Assembly (NCBI GenBank): GCA_964644035.1
Contig: CAZXUH010000002.1
Location: 104,881 to 168,880, forward strand
Direction of reading: 5' to 3'
Origin: an uncultured Candidatus Saccharibacteria bacterium
GTDB lineage: Bacteria; Patescibacteriota; Minisyncoccia; Phycocordibacterales; DAORIS01
Length of the DNA: 64,000 nucleotides
Positions within the stretch are counted from its first letter, which is position 1; every line of letters starts with the position of its first letter. A program made the translations under genes and the position numbers. The notes under the pieces were generated by a model that saw nothing but the letters and a program-made list of their open reading frames with translations, had not been told where the DNA came from and did not search any database. Positions 39,298 to 48,328 of this stretch are shown piece by piece.

Positions 39298-39349
39298 CAA
39301 AAAAGGAGACAGGCGTTGGAGCACATATTCGTTGAGACAGAAGCCCTAA
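38606..39349 (+). CDS. Hypothetical DNA-binding protein: helical-bundle N-domain, linker, C-terminal DeoR-like winged HTH
   Basis: RRKAIINLIKNKDQVSIKDISTAMKDCSEKTIQRELLSLVAEGVL.K.G.RRWSTY wHTH; amphipathic helical N-domain. Confidence 0.8.
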   Translation: MNELKDINNQKDSITYLIKRWEKISIAVYMVSSFIKDMDNIKWDMRNRSLSILSSLHQVSEDAIERHVMLDECLKELNILTSELQLAFSAALIGRMNFVLIFEEIELYKREVFDYKIKDAVLSPLQKDFMRVEKDFPESIGPTEDKGHFLYKGHESIKDKIKDSQSAKAPQKVQPEKPIQENRIERRKAIINLIKNKDQVSIKDISTAMKDCSEKTIQRELLSLVAEGVLNKKGDRRWSTYSLRQKP

Positions 39350-39487
39350 TAGCCTTAGGTTAAAATTGGGTCAAAATATGCTAAAAATAGCCCTTGTAAG
39401 AACCTACCCCTTTCTGCGTCATAACTCCTAGATACCTATGCTTTTCCTTTGACTTTTGGGCAATTATATGAGAAAGTATCGTGGGAC

Positions 39488-39496
39488 TTATCCACA
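39488..39496 (+). promoter_or_regulatory. Perfect DnaA box (single)
   Basis: TTATCCACA directly upstream of the -35 of the S-layer-like gene promoter. Confidence 0.45.
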
Positions 39497-39506
39497 TGCT
39501 TCCATG

Positions 39507-39863
39507 TTGCTCTAAGTCGTAATTTGGCTATATAATGTGTCGGTGTTCGTTGACAACTCAATAGGTGGTCAAAATCTCCAGAAATACCTCATTTCCTTGG
39601 GTTCAGTTAAGCCGTATATTCAGTCCAAATTTCGCAAGCTATTCCTTTGTTTGTGTCGATAAACAAAAACGAAGGATTAGTATAAAAAGTTTTTAGTTTC
39701 TGCTTTTGGAACGTATTCAGGAAACTAAAAATTAAGCATCTTTCGTGCGGTGTCTGTCGAAAGCACACACGAAAGGTACAGAATATGTTTCGCTAATAAT
39801 TTCTTCCCACTTCATTTATTAGTAAAGCGGGAAGAGATTGTTTTTAAATTATTTAAAAAAATT
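39507..39863 (+). promoter_or_regulatory. Promoter and ~320-nt structured 5' leader of the S-layer-like gene
   Basis: TTGCTC-N18-TATAAT (39507-39536), boxA-like gttcgttgacaac, four serial hairpins. Confidence 0.65.
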
Positions 39864-41741
39864 ATGTCAAAGAAAATTATCGCTGGCATTGTTGCGCTCG
39901 TTGCAGTCTTCGCTTTCGTGGTGACTGTTTCAGCTCAGACAAGCCTCACTTCTGACCTCACAGTCGGATCAACAGGTGCTGAAGTCGTAACACTTCAGTC
40001 ATTCCTAGAAAGCAAAGGCTTCCTAGTTATGCCTGCAGGCGTTGCAAAGGGTTACTTTGGTTCACTCACAAAGTCAGCTCTCGCACGATATCAGTCATCA
40101 AAGGGAATCACACCAGCAGTTGGTTACTTCGGTCCTATCACCCGAGCAGCTGTAAATGCTGAAGGTGGAGTTTCAACTACACCTGGTTGCCCAGCTGGCG
40201 CAATGTACAACACATTGACCGGCGCACCTTGCTCAACAACTCCAGTTACACCTGGTTGCCCAGCAGGCGCAGCATACAACTACATGACAGGTCAGCCTTG
40301 CTCATCATCAACACCTTCAACATCTTCAACAGAAGGTACACTTGATGTCCGACAGGCTGGTTCACCTGCTAACAATGCAAACATCCAGACTTCAGTAGAT
40401 GTACCAGTATATGGTCTTACACTCAAGGCTACGATTGCAGATGTTACAGTTGACCGTCTCGACCTCGAAGTACGAGTAAGCAGCACGGCGAACGGTACAG
40501 AAACACCTTCAAACTTGATCAATACAATCAAGCTTTGGGATGGTTCAACTGTTCTCAAGACTTGGAACGTTACATCTTCTGATTTCATCAAGGATGTTAA
40601 CAACAGTTCTCAGTACTATGTCCGACTATCAGGTCTTAACTTCGTAGTTCCTAAGGATGCTACAAAGTCACTTGTCCTCTCGTTCTCAACAAACAGTGGC
40701 ATTGACACGACCCGAACAGTCTACATTGCTGGCTACGGTTCTAACTCTCTCCGAGCAGTTAGCGGAAACAACATTACGAGCTACTACAACATCTCAGGCA
40801 TCACACGATCACACTCGTTCTTGAAGCCAGGTGCAGGTACTCTTACTGTTAGCTCCGACTCAAATGCAGCAGTATCAAACAACAACAAGGTCAGCACGAC
40901 AAATGGCGTAACAGGCGTAACAGTCGGTTCGTTCAATGTTAAGGCTGAAACAGGTGATGTTAACGTCACAGACGTAACAGTTCCTGTAGTTGTTGGTGGT
41001 GGTGCTACAAACCCTTCAACTGTATTCCTCTACAGCGGATCAACATTGCTTGATTCACGTTCAGGTCCTACAACACAGGGTGGTGGTAGCGTTACATTCA
41101 GCAACTTGAACATTCCTGTTTCAAAGGATGTTACCAAGACTCTTACAGTCAAGGTTGACATGCCTTCAACAACTGCTACAGGTACGTCTATCTCGATCTC
41201 ATCATCGACGACAAACAGCCTCGCAGTCACATACACGAAGCCTAATGGAAACACAGCTTCAGCGTACGTAACAGGAGTTGATTCAGATGCTCAGTACTTC
41301 TTCCCAGTTGCAGCTCAGATCACATTGGTCTCAGCTACAGCTACAGCAGGTGGTACAACGCAGACAGGTTCTACAACAGCTCCATCAGCAGTCTTCGTCT
41401 TCAAGATCAAGCCTGTCGGTGGTTCAATCGTAGCTCCAACAGCAGCTTCAACAACTGTTAAATTCAGCACCTCAACGCTTTCAACAGCGACAACCCTCGG
41501 TGTAGCAACTAACCTCACAATTGAGGGTAACCCTACGATCCTTGCTGAGGATGCAGAATACACAGTCACAGTATCTGCAAACATCACTCCGTTCACGAAC
41601 ACTACGGTTGCAGCTGGTAACTCTATCGTTACCTTCTACATCACTGGTATTCAGTGGGCACCTTCAGTTGGCTTGGTCACTGTCTCTCAGACATGGGGCT
41701 TGGACAACTACAAGACAAATCCAATCACAGTTACAAAATAG
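39864..41741 (+). CDS. Secreted S-layer-like surface protein with peptidoglycan-binding domain
   Basis: Signal peptide ending VSA; PG_binding_1 (DLTVGSTGAEVVTLQSFL...GYFGPITRA); two Cys-paired repeats; Ser/Thr/Val-rich beta region; strong codon bias. Confidence 0.85.
   Translation: MSKKIIAGIVALVAVFAFVVTVSAQTSLTSDLTVGSTGAEVVTLQSFLESKGFLVMPAGVAKGYFGSLTKSALARYQSSKGITPAVGYFGPITRAAVNAEGGVSTTPGCPAGAMYNTLTGAPCSTTPVTPGCPAGAAYNYMTGQPCSSSTPSTSSTEGTLDVRQAGSPANNANIQTSVDVPVYGLTLKATIADVTVDRLDLEVRVSSTANGTETPSNLINTIKLWDGSTVLKTWNVTSSDFIKDVNNSSQYYVRLSGLNFVVPKDATKSLVLSFSTNSGIDTTRTVYIAGYGSNSLRAVSGNNITSYYNISGITRSHSFLKPGAGTLTVSSDSNAAVSNNNKVSTTNGVTGVTVGSFNVKAETGDVNVTDVTVPVVVGGGATNPSTVFLYSGSTLLDSRSGPTTQGGGSVTFSNLNIPVSKDVTKTLTVKVDMPSTTATGTSISISSSTTNSLAVTYTKPNGNTASAYVTGVDSDAQYFFPVAAQITLVSATATAGGTTQTGSTTAPSAVFVFKIKPVGGSIVAPTAASTTVKFSTSTLSTATTLGVATNLTIEGNPTILAEDAEYTVTVSANITPFTNTTVAAGNSIVTFYITGIQWAPSVGLVTVSQTWGLDNYKTNPITVTK
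40179..40304 (+). repeat. Tandem 69-nt coding repeat (TPGCPAGAxYNxxTGxPCS x2)
   Basis: acacctggttgcccagc at 40179 and 40248. Confidence 0.85.
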
Positions 41742-41790
41742 TAACTCTGTTGGCATGAGCTTACTCGGCAAGATCGCCTAGTACGCACAA

Positions 41791-41826
41791 CAAAAACCCG
41801 CAAGGCTAAACCCTTGCGGGTTTTTG
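41791..41826 (+). terminator. Strong intrinsic terminator after the S-layer-like gene
   Basis: caaaaacccgcaagg/ccttgcgggtttttg. Confidence 0.9.
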
Positions 41827-41921
41827 CGTTGCATGGATTTCTGAAATAAAACTGAAGGCAAAATGTTTTTCTATATTAAATCTTCAGTTTTTCTTCATAC
41901 TACTTTTGAGACAATGCTGGC

Positions 41922-44627
41922 ATGAAAAAGTTAATCAAAAGAATAATCATCGTCTGCATATTTTTATCAATACTATTTATTAGTAATACTGTTTTTGCTG
42001 AGACTAGAATCTCAAGTTCAATCGAACAAGATTTTGTCTGGATAAAATCAGCCGATCCGTATATTCTCGATAGTGATATAGATGTGTCAGAAAACGTAAA
42101 ACTTACGGTAGAGCCTGGAACAGAAATAAATCTAAACGGACATGAATTGTCAGTATTTGGGTCTATACACACAAATGGTTCTGTAGGGGAAAAGGTAAAA
42201 ATATATAGCAATGGCAGTGGACAAATATCCATAGAGAACAATCACGCTACTTCAAGTTTTATCTTTACTGATATAGAAAATGTGCGTTTAATTACTTCAT
42301 TTGGAGGTGGCACTATCTATGACAATGTTTCATTTGTAAAAACAGGCATTGCTCAGTCAAAGGGATTTTTAGATATAAGAAGAAGTAGCTTTTTTGGTGG
42401 TGCTCGAGGAATAAGTATTAGAAATGCTACCGCAACTTTAGATCATGTGTCGTTAAAAGATATTCAAAACAATGCTATATACATTTTCAAATCAACATTA
42501 CGTGGATCATATCTTGAGGTAGAAAATAGTAAATCAGGCATTCTTATTCAAGATAAAGGGCCAGTGCTCGTCTTTCTAAACAAAATATTTAAACCTGTGA
42601 CAGTTCTTGCGGATGGTGATTATTCTGTAAAAATTTCTAGCAGTACTATAGCTTCGAATCAAAATTTTAATGTAAGTAATGATACAGAATCAACAGTTGA
42701 TGCGCGAAACAATTGGTGGGGAAGTGATACGGGGCCAGGCGGGACTACTATTGGCAATGTGCTTTTCAGTCCTTGGCTTTTGACCAAACCTCAAGAAGAA
42801 GTGTTGCCAGAAATTATTTGTTGCTCAAATATATTGTTCCTGCCAGGGCTTCAATCGAGCAGACTTTTTTCGAACGGTCTTTTGGGAACTGAAAACCAGC
42901 TTTGGGAACCTAATAGAAACAAAGATGCTCAAAAGCTTTATCTAAACAAAGAAGGCAAGAGTATTACCAAAAATGTGTATGCAAAGGAGATTATTTCAGA
43001 AACTAATATTCTTCCTGTAGCAAAGATACCAATCTACAAATCTTTTATCTCAAATATGGATGCATTAGTTGCGTCTGGCACGATCAAGCAATGGCAGTCA
43101 CTACCGTATGATTGGCGTCTATCGCTAGAAGATGTCTATATCAAAAGTGATATTGGGAATGTCGTTTCTGGTCTAGCATCGACTTCTTTGTCTGGAAAAG
43201 TAACTGTTATTTCCCATAGCAATGGAGGGTTGCTGGCTAAATATGTTTTAGCTCAACTTGAGAAAAGTCAGAAGGAACATTTAATTGATAAGGTTTTATT
43301 TGTGGCAGTGCCGCATTTTGGTACGCCAAAAGCTATAGCTTCTTTATTGTATGGTGAAGATCAGGCAATTGCTGGAGGAGTGATCATGTCAAAAACCACC
43401 GCGAAAGGCTTGTCTGAAAATATGCCGTCAGCATTCAATCTGTTGCCGTCCCAAAAATATTTCAATGGATCAAATAACAACGTTATTACTACTCCAACTA
43501 CTACGGTGGATAGTGTATTGAAACTCAATAGTTTTTTGTCTCCACAGAACCAGTCTTTATTGTCTTCAGCAAATACAGTACATAGCTGGCTAGATAATTG
43601 GCAGCCACCAAACGGTATCGGTACCTATCAAATTATTGGAGATAATCTCTCCACTTTATTAGGTTTGTCCTATGTGAAACTTGCTAATGGTAGTCTAGAT
43701 CATCAACCAATTACTACCAAGAGAGGGGACGGTACTGTTGTATATCACAGTGCTTTGGCTGACTTTGCTTCGACAACAAAGATGGTTGATATGCGCAAAG
43801 AAAGTGCTGATCTAAAGAAAAATGTTACTCATGCCGCCATACTTGAAATACCCTCGGTCAATACCTGCATAGCATCATTTATCTCTAATGGTTTGTGTCC
43901 GAAATTGGCTCAGGCCTCAACGTTACCTACAATACCTTCAATCAATCTTCAGCGTTCAATGATTAACGGAGTTCATTCTCCTGTTGATATTGGTATGACA
44001 GATAAAGATGGCAACTATACAGGCAGAATATATCCAGAGACCGATTCCGATTTTGACTTCTATCGAGAAGATATTCCCGGAAGTAAATATATGGAAATAG
44101 GCGAAGGCAAGTATGTTGTTGTGGATGATATGAAAACTATTGAAAGTATTAGTATAAAGGGTACAGGCTTTGGAACTTTCTCTTATACGTTAGCCACGAG
44201 CACAGACAGTGGTGTTGCACTAAGTTTTGAATTTCAAGATATACCCGTCACTCCGGATACTATAGCAACTATCTCGCCAGACAAACCGCATCTCATGAAT
44301 ATAGATTTTGATGGCAATGGATCTATTGATGCCACTACTTCTGATAGTACAGCATTTGATCCATTGCTCTACATTTCAAGTATGAAGTTTTTTGTGGAAA
44401 AACTTTCCGTTTCCAAACCTGTTAAAGATCTTTTAATTCGCAGATTGGATAAAATATCAAAGAAAATAGAAAAAAATAATACTCCAGCTGTACGCCGAAC
44501 AGTGTACAAACTTGTCAGAAATATTAATTTTAAGAAACATGGCTTCAAGAAAATATCTAAAGAAGACATGGCTGCACTGCATGATCTTTTTATTAGATTT
44601 GCCGACGGTCTTGAAAAGATTCAATAA
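41922..44627 (+). CDS. Large secreted alpha/beta hydrolase (LCAT/PGAP1-like lipase or acyltransferase) with N-terminal beta-helix region
   Basis: Signal peptide; VDARNNWWG; FLPGLQSS, PYDWR, ISHSNGG nucleophile, VPHFGTP, GDGTV, downstream His. Confidence 0.82.
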   Translation: MKKLIKRIIIVCIFLSILFISNTVFAETRISSSIEQDFVWIKSADPYILDSDIDVSENVKLTVEPGTEINLNGHELSVFGSIHTNGSVGEKVKIYSNGSGQISIENNHATSSFIFTDIENVRLITSFGGGTIYDNVSFVKTGIAQSKGFLDIRRSSFFGGARGISIRNATATLDHVSLKDIQNNAIYIFKSTLRGSYLEVENSKSGILIQDKGPVLVFLNKIFKPVTVLADGDYSVKISSSTIASNQNFNVSNDTESTVDARNNWWGSDTGPGGTTIGNVLFSPWLLTKPQEEVLPEIICCSNILFLPGLQSSRLFSNGLLGTENQLWEPNRNKDAQKLYLNKEGKSITKNVYAKEIISETNILPVAKIPIYKSFISNMDALVASGTIKQWQSLPYDWRLSLEDVYIKSDIGNVVSGLASTSLSGKVTVISHSNGGLLAKYVLAQLEKSQKEHLIDKVLFVAVPHFGTPKAIASLLYGEDQAIAGGVIMSKTTAKGLSENMPSAFNLLPSQKYFNGSNNNVITTPTTTVDSVLKLNSFLSPQNQSLLSSANTVHSWLDNWQPPNGIGTYQIIGDNLSTLLGLSYVKLANGSLDHQPITTKRGDGTVVYHSALADFASTTKMVDMRKESADLKKNVTHAAILEIPSVNTCIASFISNGLCPKLAQASTLPTIPSINLQRSMINGVHSPVDIGMTDKDGNYTGRIYPETDSDFDFYREDIPGSKYMEIGEGKYVVVDDMKTIESISIKGTGFGTFSYTLATSTDSGVALSFEFQDIPVTPDTIATISPDKPHLMNIDFDGNGSIDATTSDSTAFDPLLYISSMKFFVEKLSVSKPVKDLLIRRLDKISKKIEKNNTPAVRRTVYKLVRNINFKKHGFKKISKEDMAALHDLFIRFADGLEKIQ

Positions 44628-44647
44628 GTATAGTAACGTATCGACAT

Positions 44648-44780
44648 AAGGCCGAAGACAAGAGGCATTGGGCTGTATCGCTCCTCACGGAGCTCCATGA
44701 GCCAGATAAGCCCTCTCGAGGCTTCTAGTAACACTAGAACGATTCTCTATACTGGTTTACCAGTCACTGAAATCGGCCTT
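44648..44780 (+). promoter_or_regulatory. Ribosomal protein L10 leader (autoregulatory RNA)
   Basis: ccGAAGACAagagg...cctctcGAGG core closed by aaggccga/tcggcctt stem, upstream of rplJ. Confidence 0.75.
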
Positions 44781-44816
44781 TTATTAGGTCGATTTTAATT
44801 TTGTTCAACACAAAAC

Positions 44817-45308
44817 ATGCCGATATCAAAAGAAAAAAAGAAGGGAATATTCAAAGATGTCACCGAAACACTCGGAGTTAAGGGTGCGGTAGTCTTTGTC
44901 AATTTCCATGGCGTCACGGTCGCAGATTCTACGATCATGCGCAAAAAGCTCAAGAGCGAAGGGGTAGGATACCTCGTTGCAAAAAAGAGCATCGTCAAGA
45001 AGATTCTTGGTGAAATGAAAGTTCCTGGAACATTGCCTACACTCGAAGGAGAATTGGCAATCGTATCTGGTAGCGATCTCATTGCTCCAGCTAGGGAAAT
45101 CTTCGACTTCCAAAAGAAGCTCGACAATAAGATTTCTATCCTTGGTGGCATCTTCGAAGGCAAGTACATGTCGAAAGAAGAGATGACTTCGATCGCAACT
45201 ATCCCAAGCGCTCACACGCTTCAGGCTATGTTCGTCAATGTTATCAGTTCGCCTATTAGCGGATTTGTCAGAGCTCTCGACGCTATTGCAAAGCAGAAGA
45301 CAGCATAA
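44817..45308 (+). CDS. rplJ: 50S ribosomal protein L10
   Basis: VNFHGVTV....MRKKL, VAKK, LGGIFEG; precedes rplL. Confidence 0.95.
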   Translation: MPISKEKKKGIFKDVTETLGVKGAVVFVNFHGVTVADSTIMRKKLKSEGVGYLVAKKSIVKKILGEMKVPGTLPTLEGELAIVSGSDLIAPAREIFDFQKKLDNKISILGGIFEGKYMSKEEMTSIATIPSAHTLQAMFVNVISSPISGFVRALDAIAKQKTA

Positions 45309-45329
45309 ATTAATAATTACATAACAACT

Positions 45330-45725
45330 ATGTCAGACACAGAAAACACACAGGTAGAAGTTCCTGCGAAATTCAAGTCAGTCGTCGACACCATCGAACA
45401 GATGTCAGTCCTCGATCTCAATGAACTCGTCAAACTTCTCGAAAAGAAATTCGGAGTATCAGCAGCGGCAGTTGCCGTCGCAGGTCCCGCAGCCGGTCCA
45501 GCAGCAGAAGAGAAATCTTCATACAACGTTCATCTTACAGATGGCGGTGCTCAGAAGATCGCTGTTATCAAGGTAGTCAAAGAGGCTCTTGCCCTTGGTC
45601 TCAAGGAAGCAAAAGATCTCGTCGATGCCGCTCCATCAGTCCTCAAAGAAGGAATGAAGAAGGAAGATGCAGAAGCTCTCAAGAAGCAGATCGAAGCAGC
45701 AGGCGGAAAAGTAGACCTCAAATAG
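45330..45725 (+). CDS. rplL: 50S ribosomal protein L7/L12
   Basis: [31 protein letters not shown]. Confidence 0.98.
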   Translation: MSDTENTQVEVPAKFKSVVDTIEQMSVLDLNELVKLLEKKFGVSAAAVAVAGPAAGPAAEEKSSYNVHLTDGGAQKIAVIKVVKEALALGLKEAKDLVDAAPSVLKEGMKKEDAEALKKQIEAAGGKVDLK

Positions 45726-45747
45726 GCCTTATTTACCGACTTATGTC

Positions 45748-45781
45748 AAAAACACCTCTCACGTCTGTGAGGGGTGTTTTT
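45748..45781 (+). terminator. Intrinsic terminator after rplL
   Basis: aaaaacacctctcac/gtgaggggtgttttt. Confidence 0.88.
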
Positions 45782-45826
45782 GTATTGGGCAATGGTATAC
45801 TAGGACGATAATAAATACCGCATACT

Positions 45827-46441
45827 ATGAAGACCTTGGAAAAACTGTTTGGCAGCCTAGCGAAGGTAAAACTCATGAGGATGTTTCTGTTCAATCCAGA
45901 CAGTGCTTTTGACCTCCATACGATAGCCGATCGTTCCAAGGTGCCTACCAGACAAACAAGAACAGAGCTCAATAGACTAAGCGAAATGGGTCTTGTAAAA
46001 AAGCGTTCGGTCATTAAAACATACCCACCAAGAAAAAAAGATGGTAATCCAAGAAAGAAAAAGGTAGATGGCTGGACTCTCGATACTTCATTTATCTATA
46101 TCAATGAGCTTCGTCAGCTTCTGCTCAATTCGACGCTGATCAAAAATTCGGATATTATTATGCGCTTACAAAAAGGTGGTCGCATGAAACTCATTATTGT
46201 GGCAGGTATTTTTATTCAAAACCAAGACAGTCGACTCGATATGTTTGTGGTGGGAGATGGTATCAAGAAGGGAAGTTTGGAAAATGCTATTAAAATCATT
46301 GAATCTGAAATAGGCAAGGAATTGCGTTATGTATGGTTTGATACTGAAGAGTTCAAATATCGCTTGGCAATGTATGACAAGCTTATCAGAGATATTCTTG
46401 ATTTTCCTCACGAGAAAATCCTCAACAAGCTAACGTTCTAA
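45827..46441 (+). CDS. Winged-HTH protein with degenerate nucleotidyltransferase-like C-domain
   Basis: LEKLFGS..KVKLMRMF...ELNRLSEMGLV wHTH; LIIVAGIF....RLDMFVVG resembles an MNT fold. Confidence 0.65.
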   Translation: MKTLEKLFGSLAKVKLMRMFLFNPDSAFDLHTIADRSKVPTRQTRTELNRLSEMGLVKKRSVIKTYPPRKKDGNPRKKKVDGWTLDTSFIYINELRQLLLNSTLIKNSDIIMRLQKGGRMKLIIVAGIFIQNQDSRLDMFVVGDGIKKGSLENAIKIIESEIGKELRYVWFDTEEFKYRLAMYDKLIRDILDFPHEKILNKLTF

Positions 46442-46444
46442 TGC

Positions 46445-47278
46445 ATGCTTCCACTTGTCACCCTGCTTCGGCCATATAACTGGATAAAGAATCTTTTTCT
46501 TTTTGTACCACTTTTTTTCGCTAAAGAATTTTTTAATACAGAAAAAATAGTTCCTACTACGTGGGCGTTTATTGCGTTTTGTCTGACTGCTAGTGCGGTC
46601 TATATCATCAATGATATTGCTGACAAAGATCAGGATAGCAAGCACTCGCTTAAAAAGTATCGACCAATTGCCTCTGGAAAAATATCTTCGGTGACAGCGT
46701 GGATTGCGGCCACTGTCTTAATGATTGCAGTTGCGGCAATTGTATATGTGAAGATTCCGGAAATCTTTCTTTTATTGCTCACATATTTTGTACTCAATAT
46801 TCTATATTCGCTCTGGCTTAAGCATGAAGCAGTAGTCGATATCCTTTTGGTAGCAACCTTTTATTCTTTGCGAATTATGATTGGAGGAGTGGCTGCAGAT
46901 GTCCCGGTTTCTCATTGGCTCATACTCTGCACGATTTTCATTTCACTCTTTTTGATTGTTGGTAAAAGAATGGCTGAATATGGGCAAGAGAATAAAAGAA
47001 GGGTTTTGGCCGCCTATACACCGACGTTTCTTCAGGCTCTACTTATCATTTCAGCTACACTGTCGATTATTTCTTACAGTCTCTATGCTGTACTTGTGCT
47101 CGATACCAACCTAGCAGCTTTCTCGGTATTCTTTGTACTTCTTGGTGTTATGCGCTATACATCGCTTATTCTCACTTCTCAAAAGGCCGAATATCCAGAA
47201 AAAGCTCTCGTAGGTGATGGGGTGATCGTAGTAAGTGGCTTGTTGTGGCTTGGTATGATGTATTTTATTTTTTACTAA
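46445..47278 (+). CDS. UbiA-family polyprenyl-phosphate phosphoribosyltransferase (Rv3806c-like)
   Basis: RPYNWIKNLF, YIINDIAD...D..H..KKYRPIASG, YS..LKH, GKR.AE. Confidence 0.88.
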   Translation: MLPLVTLLRPYNWIKNLFLFVPLFFAKEFFNTEKIVPTTWAFIAFCLTASAVYIINDIADKDQDSKHSLKKYRPIASGKISSVTAWIAATVLMIAVAAIVYVKIPEIFLLLLTYFVLNILYSLWLKHEAVVDILLVATFYSLRIMIGGVAADVPVSHWLILCTIFISLFLIVGKRMAEYGQENKRRVLAAYTPTFLQALLIISATLSIISYSLYAVLVLDTNLAAFSVFFVLLGVMRYTSLILTSQKAEYPEKALVGDGVIVVSGLLWLGMMYFIFY

Positions 47279-47282
47279 ACAT

Positions 47283-48317
47283 ATGAAATTTCTTATCACT
47301 GGCGGTTCAGGATTCCTTGGAATAAATTTTATACGCTATGCCCTTGATAGAGGGAATACGATTGTATCTCTCGATAAAGAAGATTTTGATTATCCTGAGA
47401 AAAATAAAATCACCAGTATTGTGGGTGATATTCGTGACAAAGATACTTTGAACAAAGCTATGATTGGTATCGATGTCGTCGTGCATACTGCTGCGGCACT
47501 TCCGTTGTATACCAAACAAGAAATATTTTCTACTGATATCGATGGTACAAAAAATGTATTGGAAGCCGCTTTTAAAAACAATGTATCGAGAGTGATACAT
47601 ATTTCTTCTACTGCTGTATATGGCATACCCGATCATCATCCCTTGCTCGAAACCGATACACTCGATGGTGTCGGACCATATGGCCAGGCAAAAATCTTGG
47701 CCGAAGAAGCGTGTCTGGAATATCGTAAGCAAGGCAAGTGTGTGTCTATCATACGACCAAAATCGTTTGTAGGTCCGGAGAGATTGGGTGTCTTTGCATT
47801 GTTTTATGACTGGGCACAAGATGGCAAGAATTTTCCAATGATTGGTAGTGGTAAAAATCGCTATCAACTACTCGATGTCGAAGATCTCTGTCAGGCGATT
47901 TATAGCTGTGCAACGCTTGATACTAAGATCGTCAACGATACATTCAATATCGGTGCCAAAGAATTTACTACTATGAAAGAAGATTATCAGGCTGTGCTCG
48001 ATAAGGCTGGTTTTGGAAAGAAGATAGTAGGTCTTCCAGCTAAGCCGGTTATTTGGACACTTCGACTTCTTGAATTGTTGCATTTGTCGCCATTGTACAA
48101 ATGGGTCTATGAAACAGCATCTGAAGATTCATTTGTATCTATAGAAAAAGCAGAGCGCAAGCTTGGGTACAAACCGCAGTATTCAAACAAGCAAGCTATG
48201 ATCCGCAACTATGAATGGTATTTGGAGAATCAGAAGAACTTCAAAGGCCTTTCTGGTGTGTCGCATCGCGTGCCTTGGAAGCAGGGTATATTGAAAATAG
48301 CCAAGATATTCTTTTAA
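47283..48317 (+). CDS. Extended SDR NAD-dependent epimerase/dehydratase
   Basis: TGGSGFLG, ISSTAVYG, YGQAK. Confidence 0.9.
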   Translation: MKFLITGGSGFLGINFIRYALDRGNTIVSLDKEDFDYPEKNKITSIVGDIRDKDTLNKAMIGIDVVVHTAAALPLYTKQEIFSTDIDGTKNVLEAAFKNNVSRVIHISSTAVYGIPDHHPLLETDTLDGVGPYGQAKILAEEACLEYRKQGKCVSIIRPKSFVGPERLGVFALFYDWAQDGKNFPMIGSGKNRYQLLDVEDLCQAIYSCATLDTKIVNDTFNIGAKEFTTMKEDYQAVLDKAGFGKKIVGLPAKPVIWTLRLLELLHLSPLYKWVYETASEDSFVSIEKAERKLGYKPQYSNKQAMIRNYEWYLENQKNFKGLSGVSHRVPWKQGILKIAKIFF

Positions 48318-48328
48318 TACATACTACA

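Noticed and set aside
39350-39540. oriC candidate (DnaA box near a repeat array)
   Set aside because: Only one perfect box, no dnaA/dnaN nearby, and genes are mostly on the plus strand on both sides. It cannot be fully excluded without a genome-wide GC-skew analysis.
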